Positions 22,114 to 32,592 are shown, counted from the first letter of the stretch. The stretch: DNA of 64,000 nucleotides from an uncultured Alphaproteobacteria bacterium (GCA_963840465.1 CAWIZF010000033.1:22286-86285); one strand, 5' to 3'. Translations and numbers: made by a program. Notes: a model not told the origin generated them from the letters alone.

Positions 22114-22880
22114 CAGGACTTGTTCTTGCGTTCGCGCAATTCGCCGAATATTTCGGCCGCGCCGGCGCCCTTCATGTGCAGCTTCGCCGCCACCGACGGT
22201 TCGTCGGCGCGCAGGAAGACGTTGGTTTTCTTCTCCTCGCCCAGCAGCACCGGGATCGTCGGCTTGTTCTGCGCGCGCAGCCGCGTCACTTCTTCCGCGC
22301 GCGCCTTCAGCGCGGGGTTGTCGCCGTCGACGGTCAGCGCGAACTTGACGTTCGACGCGGTATATTCATGGCCGCAATAGAGTTTGAAATCGTCGGGCAG
22401 GGCGCGCAGCTTCAACAGCGAATCCCACATCATCGGATAGGTGCCCTCGAACACCCGACCGCAGCCGATCGAGAACAGCGTGTCGGCGGCGAATACCGCC
22501 TTTTCGGTATCGAACACGTAGGAGATGTGGTCGAGCGTATGGCCTGGCGTTTCCAGCACCCGCGCCAGCAGGCTACCCACCTTGATCACATCGCCATTGA
22601 TGGCGCGCAGGTCGACATCGGCAATCTTGGTGGACTTGTCGTTGGGGGCAACGACCCGGCAATTATACTTCTGCTTCAGTTCGGCGACGCCGCCGACATG
22701 ATCGTGATGGTGGTGGGTGACGAGAATATCCGTCAGCGTCCAGCCCTCGCGCTCCAGCGCCTTGATGATCGGGCCGGCTTCCGGCGCGTCGATCGATGCG
22801 GTGGCCTTGGTCGCGGGATCGTGGATCAAATAGCCGAAATTGTCGCTGAGGCAGGTGAAGGTACGAATTTCCGCGGCCAT
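22113..22880 (-). CDS. gloB: Hydroxyacylglutathione hydrolase (glyoxalase II)
   Basis: THHHHDHVGG, TPGHTLDH, DTLFSIGCGRVFEG, CGHEYT, NVFLR. Confidence 0.95.
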   Translation of the reverse strand: MAAEIRTFTCLSDNFGYLIHDPATKATASIDAPEAGPIIKALEREGWTLTDILVTHHHHDHVGGVAELKQKYNCRVVAPNDKSTKIADVDLRAINGDVIKVGSLLARVLETPGHTLDHISYVFDTEKAVFAADTLFSIGCGRVFEGTYPMMWDSLLKLRALPDDFKLYCGHEYTASNVKFALTVDGDNPALKARAEEVTRLRAQNKPTIPVLLGEEKKTNVFLRADEPSVAAKLHMKGAGAAEIFGELRERKNKS

Positions 22881-23000
22881 GGTCGCTCCGTGATTAAGAC
22901 TTTCAGCCCCATTGGGTATCAAGAAATATGGCGTTAACGCTCACGCGGCAATGCCAATTTCGGCGCACCGTCGCCACACGCCCTGTGGTAGATTGTGCTC

Positions 23001-23757
23001 ATGACCATCGACGTCATCGATCTCCGCGATTTCTATTCGCAGCGCCTCGGCATCGTGGCGCGGCAGTTGATCAACCGCGGCATCCGGGCGCGCTGGCCCG
23101 ATGCGGCGGGGCAGCGCGTGCTCGGGCTCGGCTACCCGACGCCCTATCTCGGCCTGTTTCGCGAGGATTCCGAACGCTGCATCGCCTTCATGCCGGCGGC
23201 GCAGGGCGTCTTGAAATGGCCGACGGCGCGGCCGGCACTGGCGACCCTGATCGACGAATTCTCAATGCCGCTGCCGGACGCCGCGGTGGACCGGATCCTG
23301 CTGGTCCACGCGCTGGAAATGTCCGACGATCCGGAGCGCCTGCTTGCGCGAGGTGTGGCGGGTGCTGGCGCCGTCCGGGCGGTTGATTGCGGTGATCCCG
23401 AACCGGCGCGGCGTGTGGACGCGCACCGACGCGACGCCGTTCGGTCACGGCCGGCCCTATTCGCGCGCGCAGATCACGCAATTGCTGCGGCAGACCTGGT
23501 TCACGCCGGCGTCGTGGGGCGAGGCGCTGTTCCTGCCGCCGGTCGGCAATAGCTGGTTTTTGCGCTCGGCGATGGCGTGGGAGCGCGTTGGAGCCGCGCT
23601 GTCGCTGCCGTTCGCGGGCGTCCATATCGTGGAGGCGACCAAGCAGGTCTATCGCGCGATCCCCGCGGGCCGCGAACGCACGCGGTTGATTCCGTCGCTG
23701 GAGCCGGTGCTGGTGCCGTCGTCGACGGCGACAAGAGGCAAGTTGGGAGAATCGTAG
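23001..23757 (+). CDS. Class I SAM-dependent methyltransferase (Methyltransf_11), divergent from gloB; frameshift at ~23345
   Basis: DVIDLRDFY, VLGLGYPTPY, DRILLVHALE, REVWRVLAPSG, TPFGHGRPYS. Confidence 0.85.
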
Positions 23758-23850
23758 GGTGGGCAAAGGCGCGTTAGCGCCGTGCCCACCATTTCATCTG
23801 TAACCGTTGCAAGAAAGTCGGTGGGCACGCTTACGCTTTGCCCACCCTAC
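23754..23850. repeat. GTAG-type REP doublet (GTAGGGTGGGCAAA family)
   Basis: Same arms as 2585-2678 and 33647-33742, with a unique spacer. Confidence 0.92.
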
Positions 23851-23862
23851 GAAATCGGTCGC

Positions 23863-24618
23863 TTACTCATTCCCCGGATTGAAATCTTCACTGGGCGCGG
23901 CAGGTGCGGCCATGCCCTCGGGACGCGGGCCATGCGGCCGGCGGCGGCGGCGCGGGAAACGATCGCCACCGCGGCCCTCTTCAAAGCCGCCGGGCGCGCC
24001 ATTCACCTGCGGCTGCGGGCCGGTGATGAAGGAGGGCAGGCGATCGACACCACCGGTGTCGGCGATCACCGGCTGCGGCTGGGGTTGCGGCTGATATTGC
24101 GGCTGCGGACGATGCTCGCGTTCGCGATGATGTTCGCGCGGCTGCTGGTCGCGCTGGTGGTAGGGCTGACCGTCGCCGCGCTGCTCGCGCGGATTGTTGT
24201 CGCGGATGTAAGGCTGCTGCTGCTGCGGGACGAAGCCCGGCTCCTGGCCGAAATGCGAAAAGCTCTCGCCCTCGTCGTCGCCATCCTCCGCCGCCGGCTG
24301 CGTCTCGTTGTCGACGCGCGGCTGCGGCTGATTCTGCCGGAACTGCTCCTGCGCGGCTGCGATCAGGCGGAAATAATGTTCGGCGTGCTGGTAGTAGTTC
24401 TCGGCCGCGACCGGGTCGCCGGAAGAGCGCGCGTCACGCGCCAGCTGAACGTATTTCTCGGCGACGTGCGAGGCGGTGCCGCGGATCTTGATATCCGGGC
24501 CGTTCGATTCGAACACCCGGGTCATCGGGTTTTGACCGCGCCGGTTATTGTTGTTGCTGCTATTGTTGTTGTTGTTATTCCGGTTACGCATCCGCTTGTT
24601 GTTCTGACCGTTTCTCAT
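23863..24618 (-). CDS. DUF4167 domain protein with poly-Asn N-terminus and Gln/Pro-rich tail
   Basis: RVFESNGPDIKIRGTASHVAEKYVQLARDA...AENYYQHAEHYFR. Confidence 0.9.
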   Translation of the reverse strand: MRNGQNNKRMRNRNNNNNNSSNNNNRRGQNPMTRVFESNGPDIKIRGTASHVAEKYVQLARDARSSGDPVAAENYYQHAEHYFRLIAAAQEQFRQNQPQPRVDNETQPAAEDGDDEGESFSHFGQEPGFVPQQQQPYIRDNNPREQRGDGQPYHQRDQQPREHHREREHRPQPQYQPQPQPQPVIADTGGVDRLPSFITGPQPQVNGAPGGFEEGRGGDRFPRRRRRPHGPRPEGMAAPAAPSEDFNPGNE

Positions 24619-25051
24619 GTCTCGCCTTTATTCCAGCCCTGAAGTTATGCAGTTGCCGTCGTAGCCTGATCCGACGCGGCGCGCGCTGAGGCGCACCGAA
24701 TCACGATGCCGTTCAGATTCATGTCGTCGATTTCGCCAACCATCGCGTTCAGCAAAGACGCGTTCCCCAACCGGCGGCGTACATTCGCCCGCCGGACCAA
24801 ATCATTCAGCGTGCCAAAACCAGCCTAGTCGTCTTGCGTGACGGCTTCGCGGAACCAGCTGTTGCGTAAGTCTTCAAGCGCAATATCAGGCTTTCGTTCG
24901 CTTTACGGTCGAGAGCAGCACAGCTCCAGCTATTGCGCTCAATTCGACCTGCTTCAGGAACCTTTCATCCGGCGGGCTCTCGTTTCGAGAACTCTGGCCT
25001 CACCCGCATCGTCTTGCGGGGCCAGCAACCCTGGACCGATGTTGTGGGCGG

Positions 25052-25080
25052 AACGTAGTCGCTCCCGGGGAATATTCCAA
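25052..25080 (-). promoter_or_regulatory. Candidate sigma70 promoter for the DUF4167 gene
   Basis: Minus strand TTGGAA-N17-TACGTT just after the prmC stop. Confidence 0.5.
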
Positions 25081-25107
25081 GGGGTTTTTTTGCGTTCCAA
25101 AGGGACT

Positions 25108-25989
25108 TTATCGGACTATTTTGTGGCCCGCGACGGCCCTCGGAATGCCCGCCAGATCGGCTTTTGGGGCGGTTGCAGGCGTTAACCCCGCGTTGGTCAT
25201 AAAAGCTTCAATTGGGCCGCTTTGGCCTTGCCCGGCCTCCACGACAAGGGATCCGCCCGGCGCCAGAAGGCCAGCCGCCTGGGGAATCAGCGCGCGGTAG
25301 GCGTCCAGCCCGTCGGCGCCGCCGTCGAGCGCGGCCACGGGATCGTGATTCCGCACCTCCGCCGCCAGGCCGTCGATATCAGCCGTGCGGATATAGGGCG
25401 GGTTCGAAACGATCAGATCGAACGGGCCGGTTAGCCCGCTCGCATAATCGCAGGCGATGAACGTCGCACGTTTCGACAGGCCCGCGCGTGCCGCATTGGC
25501 GCCGGCGACGTGCAGCGCGGCTTGCGAAATGTCGGTCCCGAATCCTTGCGCCGCCGGCAACTCGGACAGCAGCGCGAGCAGGATTGCGCCGGAGCCGGTG
25601 CCGAGATCGGCGATGCGCAACGGACGATCGAGGCCTCCGCCGGCGCGCAGCAGTTCCAGCGCCAGTTCGACCACCGTTTCGGTATCCGGCCGCGGCACCA
25701 GCGTCGCGGACGAGAGTTGCAGCGGCAGCCCCCAAAACTCCTTCTCGCCGAGAATGCGGGCGACCGGTTCTCCCGCGAGGCGACGGCAAGCGAATTCCTC
25801 GAGGCGCGCCGATTCGTTCGGTGTGAGCTGGCGCTGCGCGGCCGATATCAAGCCGGTCAGGTCGAGGCCAAGGGCATGGCCCGTCAGAATCCGCGCATCG
25901 AGTTCGGCGGATTCGATGGCGGCGGATTTGAGCCTCGCTGCGAGCGCGCGCCGCGCGGCCTCGATGGTCGGTGCGGCGAAATCGTTCAT
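25108..25989 (-). CDS. prmC: Release factor N5-glutamine methyltransferase
   Basis: GEPVARILG, LVPRPDTETVVE, DLGTGSGAI, SNPPYI, ALDGGADGL; follows prfA. Confidence 0.95.
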   Translation of the reverse strand: MNDFAAPTIEAARRALAARLKSAAIESAELDARILTGHALGLDLTGLISAAQRQLTPNESARLEEFACRRLAGEPVARILGEKEFWGLPLQLSSATLVPRPDTETVVELALELLRAGGGLDRPLRIADLGTGSGAILLALLSELPAAQGFGTDISQAALHVAGANAARAGLSKRATFIACDYASGLTGPFDLIVSNPPYIRTADIDGLAAEVRNHDPVAALDGGADGLDAYRALIPQAAGLLAPGGSLVVEAGQGQSGPIEAFMTNAGLTPATAPKADLAGIPRAVAGHKIVR

Positions 25990-26016
25990 GTGGCGTCCTG
26001 GCCACAATCTCCACAC

Positions 26017-26141
26017 GTCGTCCCTGCGAACGCAGGGACCCATAGCCGCCGAATGTTCGTTGATGATGGGCGGTCTCGAACGCCGCCTCGCGCCACATCG
26101 AGAGGCCGCGGCGTATGGGTCCCCGCGTTCGCGGGGACGAC
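26017..26141. repeat. CGTC-type REP doublet (GTCGTCCCTGCGAACGCAGGGACCCATA family) between prfA and prmC
   Basis: GTCGTCCCTGCGAACGCAGGGACCCATA ... TATGGGTCCCCGCGTTCGCGGGGACGAC. Confidence 0.92.
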
Positions 26142-26155
26142 AGCCGGGATGGTCC

Positions 26156-27235
26156 TCACGCCGCCGCACCTTGCGCAGCCAGTTGCGCGGCCTGATGCTC
26201 CGTCGTCAGCGCGTCGGTCAATTCGCCCAGCGCCTCGCCCGAAATCACCTGCGGCAATTTGTAGAGCGTCAGGTTGATGCGGTGGTCGGTGACGCGGCCT
26301 TGCGGGAAATTATAGGTGCGGATGCGCTCGCTTCGGTCGCCGGAGCCGACCTTCTCCTTGCGCTCGGCGGAGCGCGCCGCATCGACGCGCTGCTGCTCGG
26401 CGTCGTAGATGCGCGAGCGCAGGATGTTCATCGCGGAGGCGCGGTTTTTATGCTGCGAGCGGCTGTCCTGCATCATGACCACGATGCCGGTCGGGATGTG
26501 GGTGATCCGGATCGCCGATTCGGTCTTGTTGACGTGCTGGCCGCCGGCGCCCTGCGCGCGCATGGTCTCGATCCGCAGATCGTCGTTCTTGATGTCGACA
26601 TCGACATCCTCGACCTCGGGCAGCACCGCCACCGTTGCCGCCGAAGTGTGAATGCGTCCCTGCGTCTCGGTGTCGGGCACGCGCTGCACGCGGTGCACGC
26701 CGGATTCGAATTTCAGTTTTGCAAACGCGCCGCGGCCCTGCACTTCGGCGACGATTTCCTTGTAGCCGCCCATGGTGCCTTCGGAGGCCGAGATCACCTC
26801 GACCTTCCAGCCCTGCAATGCGGCAAACCGCTCATACATCCGGAACAGGTCGCCGGCGAACAGCGAGGCTTCGTCGCCGCCGGTGCCGGCGCGGATTTCC
26901 AGCACGACGTTGCGGTCGTCCATGGCGTCCTTGGGCAGCAGCGCCACGCGAATCTTCTGCTCCAGTTCGGCTGTGTGCGCCTGCAGCGTTTCGAGCTCGG
27001 CTTCGGCCATGCTGCGCATTTCGGGATCGGTGGCGGAATCCGCCAGCAGCTGCTCGGCGCCCGCAATCTCGGCCCGCGCCGCGCGATAGGCCTTCACCGC
27101 GTCGATCAGCGGATTGAGCTCGGCGAGCTCGCGCGTGATCTGGACGTATTTTTCGGAATTCACCTGGCCCAGCAGTTCGGCCTCCAGCGAGGCGTGGTGG
27201 GCGAGCAGAATGTCGAGTTTGGCTTCGGGTAGCAT
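26156..27235 (-). CDS. prfA: Peptide chain release factor 1
   Basis: [12 protein letters not shown] (PxT motif), [22 protein letters not shown]. Confidence 0.97.
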   Translation of the reverse strand: MLPEAKLDILLAHHASLEAELLGQVNSEKYVQITRELAELNPLIDAVKAYRAARAEIAGAEQLLADSATDPEMRSMAEAELETLQAHTAELEQKIRVALLPKDAMDDRNVVLEIRAGTGGDEASLFAGDLFRMYERFAALQGWKVEVISASEGTMGGYKEIVAEVQGRGAFAKLKFESGVHRVQRVPDTETQGRIHTSAATVAVLPEVEDVDVDIKNDDLRIETMRAQGAGGQHVNKTESAIRITHIPTGIVVMMQDSRSQHKNRASAMNILRSRIYDAEQQRVDAARSAERKEKVGSGDRSERIRTYNFPQGRVTDHRINLTLYKLPQVISGEALGELTDALTTEHQAAQLAAQGAAA

Positions 27236-27289
27236 GGCGTGATTCTCAAGGACCGAAAGGGAAGGCGGCGTTGTCGGGAAAGAGCCTCG

Positions 27290-29557
27290 CTACAACGACA
27301 GCCCCTCGGCTTCCGCGAATTCCGTCAGTTTCTTCCGGATCGAGACGCTGCCGGCCGGCGCATCGATCAGCGGCATGATCACGGCTTCGGCCTTCTTGGC
27401 GTCGAGGTCGAGGATCATCGCCTTCACCGGGCCGTGCCCGGTGGCGGACAGCGACAGCGAGCGGTAGCCGAGCGCGATCAGCGCCAGCGCGCCGAGCGGC
27501 TTTGAGGCCATCTCGCCGCACAGCGACGCCGTTTTCTTGGCCGCATCGGCCTTGCGCACGATGTCGCGCAGCGCACGCATGATCGGCGCCGACATGGTGT
27601 CGAACCGTTCGGAAACCTTGGCGTTGCCGCGGTCGACCGCAAACATGAACTGGAACAGGTCGTTCGATCCGACCGAAACGAAATCGACCTTCTTGAGAAG
27701 CTCATCGAGCTGATAGAGCAGCGCGGGCACCTCCACCATGGTGCCGACGTCGATCCGTTCCGGCAGCGCATGGCCGTGCTGGCGCAAGTATGTCAGCTCG
27801 CGCTCGACGATCGCCTTGGCCTGGTCGAATTCGGCGACATCGGAAATCATCGGGAACATGATCTTCAGCGCGCGGCCGCCGCCGGCCCGCAGCAGCGCGC
27901 GGATCTGGCCGCGCAAGAGGCCCGGCCGGTCCAGCCCGAGCCGGATCGCCCGCCAGCCGAGCGCGGGATTTTCCTCGACCACGGTCTCCATGTAGGGCAG
28001 CGCCTTGTCACCGCCGATATCGAGGGTGCGGAACGTCACGGGCTTGGAGCCGGCGGCATCGAGCACGGTGCGATAGAGCGCGAGCTGGTCGGAGCTGCGT
28101 GGCAGGCTCTGGCCAACCATGAACTGCAACTCGGTGCGGAACAGTCCGATGCCGGCGCAGCCGGTATCGTCAATATGCGGCAGGTCGATCACGAGGCCCG
28201 CATTGATCATCAGTTCGACCTTCTGGCCGTCCTTGGTGACGCAGGGCATGTCGCGCAGCGCGGCATACTGCGCCTGCCGCCGCGCACGAAACCGCACCCG
28301 CTCGGCATAGGCCAATTCGATCTCGGCCGAGGGGCGGATATAGATCGAGCCCGAAGTGCCGTCGACGATGATGGCGTCGCCGGGATCGGCGATGCCGGGC
28401 GCGTTCGGCACTTCGCCGACGGCGGGAATGCCGAGCGCGCGCGCCACGATCGAGACATGGGAGTTGGCGGTGCCTTCCTCCAGCACCAGCCCGCGCAGCC
28501 GCTTGCGGTCGTAATCGAGCAGCGCTGCGGGGCCCATCGCGCGGGCGATCAGGATGGCGTTCTCGGGAAGCTGCTCACGCGACGGCGCATGATCCTGTCC
28601 CACCAACTGCCGCATCAGGCGATGGCCGAGGTCTTCCAGATCGTGCAGGCGGTCGCGCAAATAGGGATCGGTCGAGCGCAGCATGCGCGCGCGGGTGTCG
28701 GACTGCACGCGCTCGACGGCCGCTTCGGCGGTGAGGCCGGTGGCGACCGCCTCGTGCAATTTGTGCGACCAGCCGTGGTCGTTGGCGAACATGCGGTAGG
28801 CTTCCAGCACGTCGCGGTGCTCGCCGCCCTCGGCGACGTCGCCGCGCTCCAGCATGCGGTCGAGATCGGCGCGCAGCTTGGTCAGCGCCGCGTCCAGTTT
28901 CTTGATTTCCTTCGGCAGGTCTTCGGCGATGTAGTTGGTGATGACGACGCGCGGCTCGTGCAGCACGACATGGCCGAGCGCGATGCCGTCGGAGAGGATC
29001 GCGCCGGTCTTGTGCAGGGAATGCCGCGCCGCCGGCTCCGCGCCGGGCTGTGCCAGCGCCGCCAGTTCGCCGGAGGCGATCATTTCCGCCAGCACCATGG
29101 CGGTGGTCTGCAGCGCCTCGACCTCTTCCTCGACATAGGTGCGCTTGGCGCGGTTCTGCACCACCAGCACGCCGAGCGTGTTGCCGGCCCTCAGGATCGG
29201 CACGCCCAGGAACGAATGGTAGATTTCTTCGCCGGTTTCGGGCCGGAACGAGAACGCCGGGTGGCTTTGCGCATCCGAGAGGTTGAGCGGGCTCGCCTCG
29301 CTGGACACCAGGCCGACCAGGCCCTCATGCGCGTTGAGCACCGTTCGGTGGACGGCGTCGCGGTTCAAACCTTCGGTGGCATAAAGTTCGAGCGTGTTAT
29401 CGATGCGCAGCACGTAGCAGGAGCAGACCTCGGCCACCATGTTGGCCGCGATCAGCACCACGATCTTGTCCAGGCGCTCCTGCGCCGAGACCTGCTCCGC
29501 CATGGTTTCGCGGAGCCGTCTCAACAAGACGCGGGGGCCTCCCGACGCGCTCCGCAT
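27290..29557 (-). CDS. ptsP: PEP-protein phosphotransferase EI(Ntr) with N-terminal GAF domain
   Basis: GAF N-terminus, ANSHVSIVARALGIP phospho-His motif, GIGLFRTE, DIGGDK, EENPALGWRAIR, SVGSNDL. Confidence 0.96.
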   Translation of the reverse strand: MRSASGGPRVLLRRLRETMAEQVSAQERLDKIVVLIAANMVAEVCSCYVLRIDNTLELYATEGLNRDAVHRTVLNAHEGLVGLVSSEASPLNLSDAQSHPAFSFRPETGEEIYHSFLGVPILRAGNTLGVLVVQNRAKRTYVEEEVEALQTTAMVLAEMIASGELAALAQPGAEPAARHSLHKTGAILSDGIALGHVVLHEPRVVITNYIAEDLPKEIKKLDAALTKLRADLDRMLERGDVAEGGEHRDVLEAYRMFANDHGWSHKLHEAVATGLTAEAAVERVQSDTRARMLRSTDPYLRDRLHDLEDLGHRLMRQLVGQDHAPSREQLPENAILIARAMGPAALLDYDRKRLRGLVLEEGTANSHVSIVARALGIPAVGEVPNAPGIADPGDAIIVDGTSGSIYIRPSAEIELAYAERVRFRARRQAQYAALRDMPCVTKDGQKVELMINAGLVIDLPHIDDTGCAGIGLFRTELQFMVGQSLPRSSDQLALYRTVLDAAGSKPVTFRTLDIGGDKALPYMETVVEENPALGWRAIRLGLDRPGLLRGQIRALLRAGGGRALKIMFPMISDVAEFDQAKAIVERELTYLRQHGHALPERIDVGTMVEVPALLYQLDELLKKVDFVSVGSNDLFQFMFAVDRGNAKVSERFDTMSAPIMRALRDIVRKADAAKKTASLCGEMASKPLGALALIALGYRSLSLSATGHGPVKAMILDLDAKKAEAVIMPLIDAPAGSVSIRKKLTEFAEAEGLSL

Positions 29558-29882
29558 GTGCTGGTATCCTCCCCGCGAATCCAGACCGCCGGGTGGCCGG
29601 CGGCTGGCGTGAAACGCATGAACAACTACAATTTTATTCATTCGGCGCGGCCGCAGGCACCTGATCCCGGCCGAATCGGGATCGCCAAAACCGTGGCGCA
29701 GTTTGCGGCAACCCACCTCACAGGCCGTATAGCCAATCGAGGCTTGTTTTGCCAAGCAAAACGCCTGCCAGAACCAATAACGTGTGTGTCAGAGCCGATG
29801 CTGCGCCAGCGAAGCGCATGATCTGCCAGAACGCCGCCGGTCTGGCGATCAGGCCATGCGCCAAATTTGAGAGAAAATCGTT

Positions 29883-31136
29883 CTAAGTCCGGTCGAGCCC
29901 GTAGAGCGTGTGCAGCGTGCGCACCGCAAGCTCGGTGTAGGCGGCGTCGATCAGCACCGAAAACTTGATCTCGGAGGTGGTAATGGCGCGGATGTTGATA
30001 TTGCGCTCGGACAGCGCCTTGAACGCCATTGCCGCGACGCCGGCATGGCTGCGCATGCCGCTGCCGATCACCGAGACCTTGGACACGTCGGTGGCGCTGT
30101 CGAGCCTGATGTAGCCGATCTTGCCCTTCGAGGACGTGATGGTGTCGCGGGCGCGGTTATAGTCTGAGGCCGGGACGGTGAAGGTGAGGTCGGTGGTCTT
30201 GCCGTCCTCGGAGACGTTCTGGACGATCATATCGACATTGATGTTGGCGTCCGCCAGCGGCCCGAAGATCGCGGCGGCCACGCCGGGCTTGTCCTCGATC
30301 TGGCGCAGCGAAATCTGGGCTTCGTCCTTGGAGAAGGCGATGCCGGTGACGACGTGGCTTTCCATGATTTCCTCCTCGCTGCAGATCAGCGTGCCCGGCG
30401 GCGTGCCGTGCGGGTCGATATCCTCGGGCTTGTCGAAGCTGGAACGGACGAACACGGGCATGTTGTGCACCATGCCGAGTTCCACCGAGCGCACCTGCAG
30501 GACCTTGGCGCCCAGCGAGGCCAGTTCCAGCATGTCCTCGAAGGCGATCTTGTCCAGCCGCCGCGCCTTGGGAACCACCCGCGGGTCTGTCGTGTAGACG
30601 CCGTCCACGTCGGTATAGATGTCGCAGCGGTCGGCGCGAATCGCGGCCGCAATCGCCACCGCCGAGGTGTCCGAGCCGCCGCGCCCGAGCGTGGTGATTC
30701 GGTTGGTCTGCGGATTGATGCCCTGGAAGCCGGCAATGACGGCGACTTCCTTGCGATCGGCGAAACGGTTGATGATCTCGGTGCCGTCGATTTCGAGAAT
30801 CCGCGCCGAGGCGTGGGCGTCGGAGGTCAGAATCGGGATCTGCCAGCCCTGCCAGGAGCGGGCCTGGATGCCGATGCCCTGCAGCACGATCGCGAGCAGG
30901 CCCGAGGTCACCTGTTCGCCGGATGCCACCACGGCGTCATATTCGCGTGCATCATGCAGCGGCGAGGCGTCGCGGCACCAGTCCACGAGCTCGTTGGTCT
31001 TGCCGGACATGGCCGATACGACGACGGCGACATCGTGTCCGGCATCGACCTCGCGCTTGACGTGACGCGCGACGTTGCGGATTCGGTCGATATTGGCGAC
31101 GGACGTGCCGCCGAATTTCATCACGAGGCGGCCCAT
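29883..31136 (-). CDS. lysC: Aspartate kinase
   Basis: VMKFGGTSV, TTLGRGGSDTSA, DVDGVYTTDP, two ACT domains. Confidence 0.96.
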   Translation of the reverse strand: MGRLVMKFGGTSVANIDRIRNVARHVKREVDAGHDVAVVVSAMSGKTNELVDWCRDASPLHDAREYDAVVASGEQVTSGLLAIVLQGIGIQARSWQGWQIPILTSDAHASARILEIDGTEIINRFADRKEVAVIAGFQGINPQTNRITTLGRGGSDTSAVAIAAAIRADRCDIYTDVDGVYTTDPRVVPKARRLDKIAFEDMLELASLGAKVLQVRSVELGMVHNMPVFVRSSFDKPEDIDPHGTPPGTLICSEEEIMESHVVTGIAFSKDEAQISLRQIEDKPGVAAAIFGPLADANINVDMIVQNVSEDGKTTDLTFTVPASDYNRARDTITSSKGKIGYIRLDSATDVSKVSVIGSGMRSHAGVAAMAFKALSERNINIRAITTSEIKFSVLIDAAYTELAVRTLHTLYGLDRT

Positions 31137-31310
31137 GACGACGCGTGCATTCCCTGTGAGGATAAGTAAGGTGACCCGCGCGGAAAGTGGAGCGCCCGGG
31201 CCGAAAGCGGCGTATACATAGCGGCGCGGTCCGGAGCAAGCAACCAGCTTCGTTTTCGGCGCAAAAATGACGCAAATGACTGTAGTAGCGGGTTAATTCA
31301 AGGCAGGCGT

Positions 31311-31790
31311 ATGGGCCGGTATATCGACGACATCCTGCAACCTGGCGAGAAGGTGCTGTATTCGACCAACGCGCACTGGATATTTTTCCTGCCGGCGATC
31401 ATCGGCTGGATTCTAGTGGGCGTATTCCTCGTGCTCTCGGGCATGGTGCCGGCGGGCCCGCCCGTACTGATCTGCCTGTCGCTGGCGGCGATTTCAGCCG
31501 TCGCTGCGTTGTACAAGACGGTAACCGCCTGGTTCCATCGCTGGACGACCGAGACCGACGTCACCAATTTCCGCGTCGTCCACAAGACCGGCTTTATTAA
31601 ACGGCAGACGTTCGAGATGAGTGTCGACAAGGTCGAGAGCGTTGACGTCGACCAGAGCATCCTCGGTCGCATCCTCAACTACGGCGACGTAACGGTCTTG
31701 GGGGTCGGCGAGGGTGGAAAAACCCTCGATATGATCGCTTCGCCACTGTCGTTTCGCAATGCCATCACCGCACGACCGGCCGGTACGTAA
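31311..31790 (+). CDS. Membrane-flanked bacterial PH domain protein
   Basis: Two TM segments, then VTNFRVVHKTG...VESVDVDQSILGRILNYGDV. Confidence 0.85.
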   Translation: MGRYIDDILQPGEKVLYSTNAHWIFFLPAIIGWILVGVFLVLSGMVPAGPPVLICLSLAAISAVAALYKTVTAWFHRWTTETDVTNFRVVHKTGFIKRQTFEMSVDKVESVDVDQSILGRILNYGDVTVLGVGEGGKTLDMIASPLSFRNAITARPAGT

Positions 31791-31793
31791 ATC

Positions 31794-32558
31794 ATGGCTA
31801 TGCAGCAGAATTCACCCGCTGGTCTTTCCACCGGCAGCTCGGTCGACCCGGCCGAAGTCGCGAAATTCTCGAAGCTGTCGGACGAGTGGTGGGACCCCAA
31901 GGGCAAGATGGCCCCGCTGCACAAGATCAATCCGCTGCGGCTCGCCTATATCCGCGACGCCGCCTGCCGCAAGTTCGATCGCAACGCGCGGAGCCTGAGT
32001 TGCCTGTCGGGCCTGCGCATTCTCGATATCGGTTGCGGCGCGGGCCTGTTGTGCGAGCCGTTCACGCGGCTCGGCGCGCAGGTGATCGGGATCGATCCGT
32101 CCGCGACCAACATCGCCGCCGCCAGATTGCATGCCGACAAGGGGCATCTGTCGATCGACTATCGCTGCACCACCGTCGAGGAGATGGATGTGCGCGAGCG
32201 CTTCGACGTCGTGCTGGCGATGGAAGTGATCGAGCATGTCACCGATGTCGGCGCGTTCCTCGCCCGCTGCGCGGCCATGGTCAAGCCGGGCGGGTTGTTA
32301 GTGGTCTCGACGCTGAACCGCAACTGGAAGAGCTTTGCGCTCGCGATCGTCGGCGCGGAATACGTGCTGCGCTGGCTGCCGCGCGGCACCCACCAGTGGG
32401 ACAAGTTCGTCACGCCCGACGAACTCGCGCAACATCTCGCCAACAACAAGCTCACCATCACCGAACAGGCCGGCGTGGTCTATAACCCGCTCGCCGACCG
32501 ATGGAGCATCTCGTCCGACATGGATGTGAATTACATGGTGGTGGCGGAGGGGGCGTAG
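31794..32558 (+). CDS. ubiG: Ubiquinone biosynthesis O-methyltransferase
   Basis: WWDPKG..LHKINPLR, ILDIGCGAG, MEVIEHV, STLNR, GAEYVLRWLPRGTH. Confidence 0.96.
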   Translation: MAMQQNSPAGLSTGSSVDPAEVAKFSKLSDEWWDPKGKMAPLHKINPLRLAYIRDAACRKFDRNARSLSCLSGLRILDIGCGAGLLCEPFTRLGAQVIGIDPSATNIAAARLHADKGHLSIDYRCTTVEEMDVRERFDVVLAMEVIEHVTDVGAFLARCAAMVKPGGLLVVSTLNRNWKSFALAIVGAEYVLRWLPRGTHQWDKFVTPDELAQHLANNKLTITEQAGVVYNPLADRWSISSDMDVNYMVVAEGA

Positions 32559-32592
32559 TGATCGCCCGACGCGTCTAAGCCACGTAACCGGT

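Noticed and set aside
25990-26169. 60-aa N-terminal extension of PrmC in the ORF track
   Set aside because: It is a chance open frame through the REP element; PrmC-like sequence begins at ATG 25989.
25457-29821. Very long antisense ORFs (591 aa, 683 aa and many others)
   Set aside because: Shadow frames opposite high-GC3 genes (prfA, prmC, ptsP) with no recognisable motifs.
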